A DNA stretch of 64,000 nucleotides from an uncultured cyanobacterium (GCA_963740315.1 CAVUDP010000004.1:32001-96000); one strand, 5' to 3'; shown: positions 50,387 to 60,891, numbered from the stretch's first letter. The notes: a model not told the origin generated them from the sequence alone. Program-made: numbers and translations.

Positions 50387-50722
50387 TTAACTTACAGCAA
50401 AATCCGTTAACTGACGCATTTTTGGAGTATGAAAACCAATAACAATATCATGTTTTGGTATTCCCATTTTAACTAATTCCCTAGCAAGATCCACTTCCGT
50501 TGTATTTTGCTGAATCCAAATTTTTCCGTTTTTTATATCTAAATGCATCATACAACCATAAATCCGCCTTTGATTATTCCAACCTACACTAACAACTTGA
50601 TAACGATCGCGTTCAATATCAAAAATTTGTTCGATTTCAACTTCTCCATAACTAGGTTTATACTGAGAGCATTCGGTTAATATTTGCTTGACTTTTTCTC
50701 GATATTCATTTAACTTATCCAT
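50387..50722 (-). CDS. xisI: XisI family protein
   Basis: GW....RIYGC.MHLDIKNGKIWIQQNTTE...GIPKHDIVIGF. Confidence 0.93.
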   Translation of the reverse strand: MDKLNEYREKVKQILTECSQYKPSYGEVEIEQIFDIERDRYQVVSVGWNNQRRIYGCMMHLDIKNGKIWIQQNTTEVDLARELVKMGIPKHDIVIGFHTPKMRQLTDFAVS

Positions 50723-51123
50723 TGGGCAATCTCCTCTTTTTCGACATCATAAATAATTAATTTTAATTGATTCTCATTTATTATGATTTGCGTAAAAGGT
50801 AAATTAAAAAAATCGTTATAAATTGCCAATGGAACAGCTAAATATAAAATTCTCTCTGGATCTTCAAAACGTAATGCTGTACGATAATTAATAAATTGCC
50901 CCAATGCCGTATGAAATTCAGAAATTTTTGAAGCACTAACAAAGTTTTTAATTTCAACCGCTATTTTATCCGTACCTTTTTCTGCCGCTAACAATTTTTC
51001 AGCACCTAAATCAATCTGAATATCAACCCCGCCATAACGAATACTTAATGGGTCATCTGTAATTACCCATCCGTCTTTTTCTAATGCAGACCTAAAGATA
51101 TTATGAAATAAATCGCGTGCCAT
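50710..51123 (-). CDS. xisH: XisH family protein
   Basis: ALEKDGWVITDDP, IDLGAEK, IAVEIK, FHTALGQFINY, LYLAVP. Confidence 0.93.
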   Translation of the reverse strand: MARDLFHNIFRSALEKDGWVITDDPLSIRYGGVDIQIDLGAEKLLAAEKGTDKIAVEIKNFVSASKISEFHTALGQFINYRTALRFEDPERILYLAVPLAIYNDFFNLPFTQIIINENQLKLIIYDVEKEEIAQWIS

Positions 51124-51332
51124 ATCATAAACAAATTCTGCACTAATCGCTTAATCTTATTCTATCGAACAAATTTAACTAATTATCAACCAAACTGATT
51201 GCGATGGTGACAAAATAATTATACTTATAAAAATAGGCAGGCAAGGGATGCCCCGCAGTCGCTACAACCGGGGGAACCCCGGCAAAGCGCTGCTCTCCAT
51301 CCCATAAAAATATAACTTTTATTTACAGAAGT

Positions 51333-51992
51333 TTAATCTACATACTCCACTACATCTTCTGTCTCGAAGCGAACTTTCGGCATATTTGCATACTTATCAG
51401 TAGGAAGCCGATATCCAGCCGGACAAACTACTACTGTACGATATCCCTTATCTTTCAATCCCAAAACTTCATCATATTTATCGGGATCAAAACCTTCCAT
51501 CGGACAAGTATCAATTTCCAACATTGCCGCAGAAAACATAAAAAATCCCAAAGCAATGTAAACTTGTTTAGCAGACCATGCATCTTTATCAAAAACATCG
51601 GAAGGTCGTTTGAGAAAACCTTTCACCATATCACCAAGCCCTTGGAGTTTCTCTACTGAGGTATTTCGGACTTCTGACATCCGTTGAAGATAAGCATCAA
51701 CATCTTTGTCATTTACATCTTTTTTAATAGTCAAAACTACTAAATGAGAAGCTTCCTCAACCTGTTTTTGTCCCCAGGAATGTTCTACAAGTTGATGACG
51801 AATTTCGGGATTGCGAATCACGAAGAATTTCCAAGGTTGTAATCCAAAGGAGGAAGGAGCGAGTACCAAACTTTGTTCCAATACTTTCCAAACATCTTCT
51901 GGAATCTTTTTACTGGAGTCAAATTCTTTAACAGCGTAACGCCATTCTAGTTGATTGAGAACTTCTTGAGGTGAAAATGTTGTTGAGTTCAT
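51333..51992 (-). CDS. Nitroreductase family NAD(P)H-dependent oxidoreductase
   Basis: WRYAVKEFD, APSSFGLQPW, IDTCPMEGF, PKVR. Confidence 0.92.
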   Translation of the reverse strand: MNSTTFSPQEVLNQLEWRYAVKEFDSSKKIPEDVWKVLEQSLVLAPSSFGLQPWKFFVIRNPEIRHQLVEHSWGQKQVEEASHLVVLTIKKDVNDKDVDAYLQRMSEVRNTSVEKLQGLGDMVKGFLKRPSDVFDKDAWSAKQVYIALGFFMFSAAMLEIDTCPMEGFDPDKYDEVLGLKDKGYRTVVVCPAGYRLPTDKYANMPKVRFETEDVVEYVD

Positions 51993-52095
51993 ACGTAAGT
52001 TATAAAAAACAGCCAGTTCAAAGATATACGCGATCGCTATTATACGCTAGCAGTTAATTATGATTCTATGGATGACCATATTTTTGCGTAGGTAC

Positions 52096-52823
52096 TTATA
52101 TTTGTTTAAGTGCAATAAAAGCTGTATGATTTGGCGGTAAATTAAACTCACCATAACTTTTTAAAGTTTCAACTCGAAAACCAATTTGATAGAGTGCTTG
52201 TACAATGTCTGCTGCTTCGTATAACCGCTGATGATGTACTTCTTCGTCTCGTCTATAGTGTTCCCCACAGCTACGAAAAGTGATAATCCGACGAGTTAAT
52301 ATTTCCTGCTTTTCATCTTTCTCAACTAGTACTATCCAATCTTTTCATAAAGTAATCCTTTATTTGTAGTTCCTAGATTAACCTGTTGTGGTGTCGCAAT
52401 GTCGAAGACAAAAACACCACCAGGAGTTAACGCTTTGTATATACGATTGAATAATTCAACCAATCTTTGTTTATCGTTTTCATTTTCAAACAGGTAATTA
52501 AGACATTCACCTATGGATGTAACAGCATTACAAGGTGGAATTTCTGCATTGAATAGCGAATTTACACGAAACTCCGCTTCCGCTACTCTGTGACGAGCAA
52601 TATCAATAAATGCTGGGGAAATATCAATTCCAATTGCGTCATAACCAGATTTTACAAGTTCTTGCGCCCATAATCCGCTGCCGCAACCTAAATCTACTAC
52701 TAAACCTGTATTTATATTGTTTTTCTGCAAGATTTCTAAAATGCCGGGTGCTGATTTGAGACAGTAATCGCTAAAACCAACATCATGAATATATGCTAAG
52801 TCTTCTTTGTAATATTCTTTCAT
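52096..52823 (-). pseudogene. Class I SAM-dependent methyltransferase, disrupted near 52345-52360
   Basis: Probable start MKEYY (52823), VDLGCGSG motif. The ORF stops at 52332, but another frame continues KDWIVLVEKDEKQEILTRRIITFR...EEVHHQRLY...FIALKQI to 52096. Confidence 0.75.
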
Positions 52824-52883
52824 TTTAACTGCATTGCGGGCAATTTCGGTATTGAGAATAATTATTTCTGCTGATAAATCTTT
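52824..52883. repeat. 60-bp direct repeat, left copy
   Basis: TTTAACTGCATTGCGGGCAATTTCGGTATTGAGAATAATTATTTCTGCTGATAAATCTTT, identical at 55168-55227. Confidence 0.95.
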
Positions 52884-52908
52884 CATTAAGGTAAATAATC
52901 AAAAGAAA

Positions 52909-53781
52909 TTATAGCTTTCTCAAAAAATCTGCTAGTAAAGCTTTATTTTGGAATGCTGCACGAATAGTATCACCATTGTTGTAGTCAATAATAATTTCAA
53001 ATCTTTTAAATTCACCAACCGGATTATTAATATCTAACAAATTCAATTCCGTTAATGTATTATCAATATTGTCAAACTCATATTGTTTACCAAATAGTGG
53101 AATTAAGACAACTTTCGTAATCACTCTTTCAATAACTGCTCTAAGTGTCGCCATAAAGTTATCTATTTCCTTTTGAGCAATTAACATTAGTGCTTGTCGA
53201 AGTCTTTCTTTATCATTACTAGTTAGATTAGTCAGCTTTTGCGAAGCTGTAGAATAAATTTCATCGGCTGTGTCTTCGTCAAATGCAATATCAAAATCAA
53301 TACTATTAAATGCCTCTACTACATCTTGATATGGTATATAAATCAGCGTAAATCCATTATTTCTTAATTGCTCTAAAGCTGGTTTAGTAAAATCTCCAGC
53401 TAAAACTGCACCGTAGAATGGTGCTGATAAATTATGAAGTTCAATAATTGGTAAAATAGCACCTTGAATTTCCTGTACTTTATTTTTTGAATGCTTGGTA
53501 TATCTACGCCATGCAGACTCAATAAATGCAATTGGTGTACCAAGTTTGCTATCTGTACCATTCACTTCAATCACAAAATCTAGATCGTGTTTATTTCCGT
53601 ACTTATCTATCCAAGTTACCTTTTTACCGCTTCTTGCTGCACGAGAGCGTTGCCAATCAAGATAATAGTTTTGAGCTTGAGCAAATTCTAGTAGTCGAGG
53701 TTTAAGAATATCATCAAGAACAATCTCTTCTAAAAGATTTCCTAAATCTTGACCAAATTTATGTGATGGTGAACGTGCCAT
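52909..53781 (-). CDS. Putative type II restriction endonuclease (PD-(D/E)XK-like)
   Basis: HDLDFVIE...AFIESAWRRYTKHSKNK; co-oriented 16 bp downstream of a DNA methyltransferase. Confidence 0.65.
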   Translation of the reverse strand: MARSPSHKFGQDLGNLLEEIVLDDILKPRLLEFAQAQNYYLDWQRSRAARSGKKVTWIDKYGNKHDLDFVIEVNGTDSKLGTPIAFIESAWRRYTKHSKNKVQEIQGAILPIIELHNLSAPFYGAVLAGDFTKPALEQLRNNGFTLIYIPYQDVVEAFNSIDFDIAFDEDTADEIYSTASQKLTNLTSNDKERLRQALMLIAQKEIDNFMATLRAVIERVITKVVLIPLFGKQYEFDNIDNTLTELNLLDINNPVGEFKRFEIIIDYNNGDTIRAAFQNKALLADFLRKL

Positions 53782-53797
53782 AGTTTTCTGATGAGTT

Positions 53798-55090
53798 TTA
53801 TTTTATCCAAAGTCTTCCTTCTTGTAATGGAATATTATGTTTTCTATTTTTCCATTTAATATTGCGTTTTCTAATCTGCTCAAAACTCCAGGAATTAAAT
53901 CCCGCTTCTAATGCTAACTCACCAAGCCACTTCTGAACGGGGACATATACTCCATAGGGGGCTGAATCTCCAACTACAAAACATATATTACAGTCAGTTG
54001 TTGTGACTCTATGTAATGCATGAAAAACCTGAGCCATATCAATAAAATAAGCTGCAATCATCGTATGATAAGCTTTATTTCCCCCTTTAGTTTTTCTAAC
54101 TTCTTCTAGTTGGCGACAAATAGGAATTAGTTCATCGCTAATCTTTTTAATACATGGTTCTTCGATTAAACTATTTAAGTCGAATTTTTCTTTAGAAGCG
54201 TGTTGAGAATTTGAACAAACTAGATATTTCCGCACAGCTTCATGTAAATCTCCCCAGGAATTTACTTCACCCCAAAAAGTCATTTCAAGCCGTGTCGCAT
54301 CAGCATAATCATAGTTATTTGCATAGGGTGGAGAAGTAATAACTAGATCGATCGATTTATCGGGAATATTTTTTAATAATCTGGCATCATCTTGAATAAG
54401 ATTAGCTTGAGAATCTTTTGTCAGGCTTTGCATATACTGCATATCTACTTCTATTAATGCAGCTTGATTATCTAAAGCCAGAAATGGCTCGCAGGTTTTA
54501 GCTTTGCGTTTGTTAGGAAGAACATATTGCCATTGTGCCGTACCTACATAGCTAGATAATCTTAAAATTCCGCAGATTGCTAAAAAGGTAAGAGATTGAA
54601 TATCTTCTGGTAAATTGGGCGCTATTTCAAAATAAGCTTGTCTAATTTTAAATAGACTAATTAACGTATCTTCGGTATAACATTTTGTTAATAATGCCGG
54701 AATATTTTCTGGAAATTTCAGTTGAAGATTCTCAGCCCGATTTTTAATTTCGTCGATCGCGGTTACAAATCGATCAAAATTAGCAATCCATGCCAACTTT
54801 CCTTTTGCAATTCGATAGACAAACGGATGCGCTTCAATCCCATATGAATTTACACCCAGTTTATCGGCAACAACACAAACAGTACCAGAACCAACAAATG
54901 GATCGAGAACGTTAAACGGTTGTAATTCTTTGATTACTTCTTGAGTCCAAGCCGCTGAAAATCCCGCAGAGTAGCGAAACCATCGATGTACTGGTAGCTT
55001 CATGTTATCAGTAAAGGTACCAGTTTTTTCCGCAATTGTTTTGGATTGAGGCGTTGAGTCAAAAAGTGAAAGTTGCAAGGGTTGATTCAT
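53798..55090 (-). CDS. Amino-DNA methyltransferase, probably N4-cytosine (motif I precedes motif IV)
   Basis: VLDPFVGSGT (motif I), ITSPPY (motif IV), VVGDS. Confidence 0.9.
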   Translation of the reverse strand: MNQPLQLSLFDSTPQSKTIAEKTGTFTDNMKLPVHRWFRYSAGFSAAWTQEVIKELQPFNVLDPFVGSGTVCVVADKLGVNSYGIEAHPFVYRIAKGKLAWIANFDRFVTAIDEIKNRAENLQLKFPENIPALLTKCYTEDTLISLFKIRQAYFEIAPNLPEDIQSLTFLAICGILRLSSYVGTAQWQYVLPNKRKAKTCEPFLALDNQAALIEVDMQYMQSLTKDSQANLIQDDARLLKNIPDKSIDLVITSPPYANNYDYADATRLEMTFWGEVNSWGDLHEAVRKYLVCSNSQHASKEKFDLNSLIEEPCIKKISDELIPICRQLEEVRKTKGGNKAYHTMIAAYFIDMAQVFHALHRVTTTDCNICFVVGDSAPYGVYVPVQKWLGELALEAGFNSWSFEQIRKRNIKWKNRKHNIPLQEGRLWIK

Positions 55091-55167
55091 TTTAGTATTT
55101 TACTTAATAATCCTTTCCATAGACTTACTGCCTTCTTACCAGAATTTTCAGACTTGAAATCGTACTG

Positions 55168-55227
55168 TTTAACTGCATTGCGGGCAATTTCGGTATTGAG
55201 AATAATTATTTCTGCTGATAAATCTTT
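55168..55227. repeat. 60-bp direct repeat, right copy
   Basis: Identical to 52824-52883. Confidence 0.95.
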
Positions 55228-55530
55228 TTTCATCTGCTCTAAACAATTCATTCTCAATATCATAGATGAGCAGCATTTACCTCTCACAATAGTCTGATAT
55301 TTACATTTTTGCTGGTTTGATTTTAACCAATAGGTTCAATTTTCTATGCATTTTTCAGCATGGGTTAGTAAATCCATCAATCTATTAACGCAAACTTATT
55401 CTTTAAGCAAGCTTTAATAAGTTTTGCTAATGATACGCTTTATAAATTGACATTTTACGAATTAAACATTTCAGGTCAAGATAATAAGTAATAACACCAC
55501 CGCATTCTAAATCTTTATTGGATAAAACTA

Positions 55531-57261
55531 ATGGTTCAACTCACATCTACTCAAGTTATAAGCAATCCAGGACGTTTGACAGTTGAAACTGTTGAAATTG
55601 CTCCTGAAACTACTGCTATTCGCTGTCTCGATTGGGACAGAGAACGTTTTGATGTAGAATTTGGTTTGCAGAATGGCACAACTTATAATTCTTTTTTAAT
55701 TCAGGGTGAAAAAATAGCTTTAGTTGATACTTCTCACCGCAAGTTTGAGCAGCTATATCTGGAAATAATTACGGGATTAATTGATGTTGCGAAGATAGAT
55801 TATTTAATTATTAGTCACACCGAACCAGATCATAGTGGCTTGGTTAAAAATATCTTGCAATTAGCTCCTTCTATTACTGTTGTCGGTGCTAAGGTAGCGA
55901 TTCAGTTTTTAGAAAACATGGTTCACCAGCCTTTTGAGTCAATGGTGGTGAAAAGCGGACAAAAACTAGATTTGGGTAACGGACACGAATTAGAATTTGT
56001 TTCTGCACCTAACTTACATTGGCCCGATACAATCTTTACTTACGACCATAAAACCAGCACTCTTTATACCTGCGATGTATTTGGAATGCATTACTGTGAT
56101 GACCTCACTTTTGATGAAAATTTCTCTGGGTTAGAGTCCGATTTTAAATATTACTATGACTGTCTTATGGGACCGAATGCGCGTTCCGTTTTGTCGGCTT
56201 TAAAGCGAATTGATAAATTAGAAATTGGAACAGTGGCAACGGGACACGGACCTTTATTACAGCACCATATTTCGGAATGGATTGGACGCTATCAAAATTG
56301 GAGTTTAGAGCAAGCCAAAACCGAGAAATTAGTAGCGTTATTTTACGTTGAAGATTACGGTTGTAGTGAAGAATTGGTCAGAGCCGTAGCGCATGGCAGT
56401 GCCAGGTCAGATGTAGCGGTAGAATTAGTAGATCTCAACGATGCCGAGCTAACTGAAGTCCGAGAAATAGTTTCCCAAGCTGCTGGTTTAGTGATTGGAA
56501 TGCCTCCCCAATCTAATGCTGTAGCTCAAGCAGCTTTAAATACTATTTTGGCAGCAGTTAATAATAAGCAAGCAATTGGTTTATTAGAGTCGGGAGGGGG
56601 AGAAGATGAACCAGTTTACCCCTTACGCAATAAGTTTCAAGAATTGGGATTAACTGAAGCTTTTTCCCCAATCTTAGTTAAAGAAACACCAAGCAAAGCA
56701 ATAGAACAACTTTGCGATGAAGCGGGAACCGATTTAGGACAATGGTTGAATCGCGATCGCACAATCAAACAAATCAAAGCCATTGATAACGAGTTAGAAA
56801 AATCATTAGGACGGATTAGCACCGGACTTTATATTATCACCGCCAAGAAAGGAGAAGTTGAAAGTGCAATGCTAGCTTCTTGGGTAACACAAGCAAGCGT
56901 TAAACCCTTGGGAGTTGCGATCGCAGTAGCCAAAGACAGAGCGATCGAATCCTTGCTGCAAGTTGGCGATAGTTTTGTTTTAAACGTCTTGGAAGAAGGA
57001 AAATATCAAGGATTAATGAAACATTTCCTCAAGCGTTTTGCTCCCGGTGCAGATAGATTTGCCGGAGTAAAAACCTATCCTGCCGCCACCAACGAATCCC
57101 CGATTTTAGCCGAAGCTCTAGCTTACATGGAATGTGAAATCACCACCCGCATGGATTGTGGAGATCATTGGGTGATTTACAGCACCGTCAAAACTGGACG
57201 AGTTGCCCAGGTAAATGCATTAACCGCAGTGCATCACCGCAAAGTTGGCAATCATTATTAA
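55531..57261 (+). CDS. flv4: Flavodiiron protein, Flv4-type
   Basis: Metallo-beta-lactamase domain with canonical HTEPDH ligands, flavodoxin and flavin-reductase domains; first gene of an flv-small membrane gene-flv triplet. Confidence 0.8.
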   Translation: MVQLTSTQVISNPGRLTVETVEIAPETTAIRCLDWDRERFDVEFGLQNGTTYNSFLIQGEKIALVDTSHRKFEQLYLEIITGLIDVAKIDYLIISHTEPDHSGLVKNILQLAPSITVVGAKVAIQFLENMVHQPFESMVVKSGQKLDLGNGHELEFVSAPNLHWPDTIFTYDHKTSTLYTCDVFGMHYCDDLTFDENFSGLESDFKYYYDCLMGPNARSVLSALKRIDKLEIGTVATGHGPLLQHHISEWIGRYQNWSLEQAKTEKLVALFYVEDYGCSEELVRAVAHGSARSDVAVELVDLNDAELTEVREIVSQAAGLVIGMPPQSNAVAQAALNTILAAVNNKQAIGLLESGGGEDEPVYPLRNKFQELGLTEAFSPILVKETPSKAIEQLCDEAGTDLGQWLNRDRTIKQIKAIDNELEKSLGRISTGLYIITAKKGEVESAMLASWVTQASVKPLGVAIAVAKDRAIESLLQVGDSFVLNVLEEGKYQGLMKHFLKRFAPGADRFAGVKTYPAATNESPILAEALAYMECEITTRMDCGDHWVIYSTVKTGRVAQVNALTAVHHRKVGNHY

Positions 57262-57392
57262 CAGTGAACAGTGAGCAGTGAGCAGTTAGGAGTTGGGAGT
57301 AGTGAGTAGCGAACTAACTTCTCCTTGTCTCCCCATCTCCCCCTCTTCCCCCTCTTCCCCCTCTCCCCCTCTTCCCCCTCTCCCCATTTCCT

Positions 57393-57908
57393 ATGCATAA
57401 ATCTGCTGAAACTAGATCGAGTTCCATATATAACATCAATCGGGAGCGCGTTGTCCGAAGTCTGGAATTTATCCAAGATTTAATCGTAATTTGCTTATGT
57501 ATCGGTTTATTTAGCTTCATGGTGCTTGAGGTGAGAGATATGTTTCTTTCCTTGCTTCCACCTTTAGAGTCTCAAGCTGTTACTGCCGATATTCTGTTTT
57601 TGCTGATTTTAGTTGAGTTATTCCGACTACTGATTATTTACTTGCAGGAACATCGAGTATCAATTGGGGTAGCTGTTGAAGTTTCTATAGTTTCCGCATT
57701 GCGAGAAATTATCGTTCAGGGTGTACTAGAACTAAATTGGACTCAAGTTGTAGCAACTTGTGCCTTTTTATTAGTTCTAGGAGTACTATTAGTTCTCCGA
57801 GTTTGGCTACCCCCCACATTTGATGGCATCGATCCCGAACAAGCAATAACTCAACGCTACAAGAATCGACAAGTTAAATCGGAATTAATAGAAACCAATG
57901 GGCGGTAA
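57393..57908 (+). CDS. PsiE-like membrane protein (Sll0218-like position)
   Basis: ILFLLILVELFRLL...EVSIVSALREII; sits between two flv genes. Confidence 0.8.
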   Translation: MHKSAETRSSSIYNINRERVVRSLEFIQDLIVICLCIGLFSFMVLEVRDMFLSLLPPLESQAVTADILFLLILVELFRLLIIYLQEHRVSIGVAVEVSIVSALREIIVQGVLELNWTQVVATCAFLLVLGVLLVLRVWLPPTFDGIDPEQAITQRYKNRQVKSELIETNGR

Positions 57909-57971
57909 CAGTGAACAGTGAACAGTGAGCAGTGAACAGTTAGGAGGCGCGGAGTTAGGAGGCGCGGAGTT

Positions 57972-58100
57972 AAGGGACTTCCAAATTCAAAAATATCTAA
58001 TAAAGATTAGGTAGTGCGAGCATCTTGCTCGCTTGAGATATCCAGCGAGCAAGATGCTCGCACTACTATAATTGGATCAATTATTTTTTGGAAGTCGCTA
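57972..58100. mobile_element. MITE-like element containing a nested GTAG REPIN (58011-58066)
   Basis: Ends AGGGACTTCCAAA / TTTGGAAGTCGCT; inside, GTAGTGCGAGCATCTTGCTCGCT...AGCGAGCAAGATGCTCGCACTAC perfect inverted pair. Confidence 0.7.
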
Positions 58101-58236
58101 AAAGTGAGCAGTTATAAATTAAAAATTTTCTCCTCATCTCCCCATCCCCTTGTCTCCCCCTCTACCCCCCTCTCCCCCCAATGCCCCATCCCCAATCCCC
58201 AATCCAAAATCCAAAATCCAAAATCCAAAATTAATT

Positions 58237-59967
58237 ATGACTACTACCCTAACCCCCAACCGTAAGAGAGATGTCCAGATTGCTGAAATTGGACAAGATA
58301 CAATGATTTTGCGATCGCGAACTTGGGAACGACTTAAGTTTGAGGTTGAGTATTCGCGTCAAAAGGGAACTACAGCAAATTCTTATTTGATTCAAGCTGA
58401 TAAAAAGGCTTTAATCAATCCTCCTGGTGAATCTTTTACGGAAATTTATCTCCAGGAATTAACACAACATCTAGATTTGACTACTCTAGATTATATTATT
58501 CTTAGTCATGTCAATCCCAACCGTAGAGCGACTTTAAAAGTATTACTCCCTCAAGCTCCGAACGCTACTTTAATTTGTACTCGCACTGCTGCTAATGCTC
58601 TTAAAACCGCTTGCCCTGAATGGGAATCGCGGATTCAAACTGTGCGGGATGATACTCTAGATTTAGGAAAGGGACATCAGCTAACATTTGCGAGCGTACC
58701 AACTCCCCGCTGGGCTGATGGACTTTGTACTTTTGATTCTGCGACGAAAATTCTCTATACAGATAAATTCTTTGGCGCTCATATTTGCGAAGATACTTTG
58801 TTTGATAAAGATTGGAAAGGTTTAGACGCGGAACGTCGTTACTATTTTGAGTGTCTCCACGCACCTCAAAGCAAACAAGTCGAAGCTGCTTTAGAAAAGA
58901 TGGCGGTTTTTCCAGCAAAATCTTACGCTCCCGCTCACGGACCAGTTGTTAACTATAGCCTCAGTAGATTTACTTACGATTACCAACAATGGTGTCAGGC
59001 TCAAAAATCCCAAGAGTTGAGTGTTGCTTTGCTTTATGCTTCCGCTTATGGAAATACAGCAGTTTTAGCAGGGGCGATCGCCAATGGTTTAGTTGAAAAT
59101 GGAGTCAATGTAGAATCGATTAACTGCGAACTTGCAGATACTGATGAAATTACCCGCATTGTAGAAACCTGCGATGGATTGATTATTGGCTCCCCCACAT
59201 TAGGTGGGCATGCACCGACTCAAATTCAAACTGCTTTAGGAATAATTCTTTCAACAGCAGCTAAAACCAAATTAGCAGGGGTGTTTGGTTCCTACGGTTG
59301 GAGTGGAGAAGCGGTTGATTTAATAGAAAACAAATTTAAAGATGCCAATTATCGTTTAGGATTTGAATCAATTCGAGTCCGTTTCACTCCTACACCCGAA
59401 ATTCTCAAACAGTGTATCCAATCTGGTGCATTATTTGCCGAAAACTTGAAAAAAGACAAGAAACTGCGGACTCCCCGTCAAGTTGTTACAGAAGCTCATA
59501 TAGATCGTACCGAACAAGCAGTAGGGCGGATTGTGGGTTCTTTGTGCGTAGTAACAACTCGTGACGGAGATACCAACAAAGGTGTTTTAACTTCTTGGGT
59601 ATCTCAAGCCAGCTTTAACCCTCCAGGAATAATGATTGCCATTGCTGACGAACAGAATGCAGATTTGATATGCAATCTAGGTGATAAATTTGTACTGAAT
59701 ATCCTCAAAGAAGGCAGAAATGTCCGCCGTTATTTCTCTCGTCATAGTACATTAGGGGACAATCCATTCGTCAATCTTTCTACCAAAACAGCTGCTAATG
59801 GTTGTCTCATTCTCACCGAAGCATTATCCTACTTAGAATGCACCGTACAAAATCGAACCAAATGCGGTGAAAGATGGTTAATTTATGCCGTAGTAGAAAA
59901 TGGTGAAGTCTTTGAAAATGAAGGTTTAACTGCTTTAGAACACCGTAAATCCGGTAGTCATACGTAA
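58237..59967 (+). CDS. flv2: Flavodiiron protein, Flv2-type
   Basis: Start re-set to ATG 58237 (MTTTL); non-canonical metal site HVNPNR; YASAYGNT flavodoxin motif; flavin-reductase C-terminus. Confidence 0.8.
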   Translation: MTTTLTPNRKRDVQIAEIGQDTMILRSRTWERLKFEVEYSRQKGTTANSYLIQADKKALINPPGESFTEIYLQELTQHLDLTTLDYIILSHVNPNRRATLKVLLPQAPNATLICTRTAANALKTACPEWESRIQTVRDDTLDLGKGHQLTFASVPTPRWADGLCTFDSATKILYTDKFFGAHICEDTLFDKDWKGLDAERRYYFECLHAPQSKQVEAALEKMAVFPAKSYAPAHGPVVNYSLSRFTYDYQQWCQAQKSQELSVALLYASAYGNTAVLAGAIANGLVENGVNVESINCELADTDEITRIVETCDGLIIGSPTLGGHAPTQIQTALGIILSTAAKTKLAGVFGSYGWSGEAVDLIENKFKDANYRLGFESIRVRFTPTPEILKQCIQSGALFAENLKKDKKLRTPRQVVTEAHIDRTEQAVGRIVGSLCVVTTRDGDTNKGVLTSWVSQASFNPPGIMIAIADEQNADLICNLGDKFVLNILKEGRNVRRYFSRHSTLGDNPFVNLSTKTAANGCLILTEALSYLECTVQNRTKCGERWLIYAVVENGEVFENEGLTALEHRKSGSHT

Positions 59968-60124
59968 TTTTTCAAACTTAGCAAGTCGTCATTCACACAT
60001 CTAGTTCGCTCTGTGTAAGCAGAAATAAGCCCGGTTTCTTCTCCTCAAAAGATTAGTTTTTCGTTTATCAATTTGCAAGAAACCGGGTTTCTCGTCTTTG
60101 GTGCAAGATATGAATATTAATCTT

Positions 60125-60817
60125 TCACTTAATAATCCATTTTCGCCAATCAACATTATTCTCCTCGCATGGTTGATATAATTCCGGTTTACCAGATGCA
60201 AGCACTTGAGCGATCGCCTGCATGGATTTAGTTTTACTCGGCATAGAAAATTCAGAATTGGGGTTATAAACATCGGGATGATACCAATTATCAAGTTGAA
60301 TAATTTGAGTTAATTCAGCCGGTACTATTTCTCTAAATTCTGTTTCGGTTGCTAAAATTTTTATCCGATACCTGTCTACAAGATGAATTATCAAGTCAAA
60401 ATCAATATAATCTGATAAATGAGGATTTCTCTCAATTTCACTTGAATCGATCGTAAATTGTTCGCCGCGAATCATTACTGATATAGATTCGGGAATATCA
60501 TCATCATCTTCTTGCAATTCATTTAATGGATACTTAACCGGATAATAGATAACAAAAGGTTCGTTTATCAACAGGCGGCTTCCAAATGCAGAAATCATCA
60601 GCACTGGTTCAACGCCATTTAAACTATACCAACTAACCACTTCTTCGATCGTCAAAGCCCAATCTTCATCATTTCTAAATCCGGTGAGACGAGCCGTTAC
60701 CATATCATAATTTATATTATCAAAACCTGGAAAATCCCAGTTACCTGCTGCTTTGTCCAGACGGTTAAGAATATCTTCTGTAGTAATTGTCATCTGATAT
60801 AAATTAATTTTGACCAA
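60125..60817 (-). CDS. Hypothetical acidic protein
   Basis: Long ORF with FPGFDN, RLTGFRNDEDWAL, WYHPD and NVDW motifs; start may be the internal MTIT codon. Confidence 0.65.
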   Translation of the reverse strand: MVKINLYQMTITTEDILNRLDKAAGNWDFPGFDNINYDMVTARLTGFRNDEDWALTIEEVVSWYSLNGVEPVLMISAFGSRLLINEPFVIYYPVKYPLNELQEDDDDIPESISVMIRGEQFTIDSSEIERNPHLSDYIDFDLIIHLVDRYRIKILATETEFREIVPAELTQIIQLDNWYHPDVYNPNSEFSMPSKTKSMQAIAQVLASGKPELYQPCEENNVDWRKWIIK

Positions 60818-60891
60818 TATAGCATTTAGCGCTAATAACTACATTAATATTTGGTTAAGAGTGTTATTTCTGATGGTAATCATAATTTTCT

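Noticed and set aside
50387..51123. xisH/xisI as evidence of an fdxN-type excision element
   Set aside because: No serine recombinase or interrupted nif/fdxN gene is in the window. XisHI pairs are commonly scattered in cyanobacterial genomes.
55087..55287. 66-aa ORF upstream of the DNA methyltransferase as a controller (C) protein
   Set aside because: No HTH is recognisable. Its similarity to the 52886 ORF start simply reflects the 60-bp direct repeat.
58150..58236. Pro-rich N-terminal extension of Flv2 in the ORF track
   Set aside because: It is translated STRR repeat DNA; ATG 58237 is the more plausible start.
58014..58265. 83-aa ORF between the psiE-like gene and flv2
   Set aside because: It is composed of REPIN and STRR sequence.
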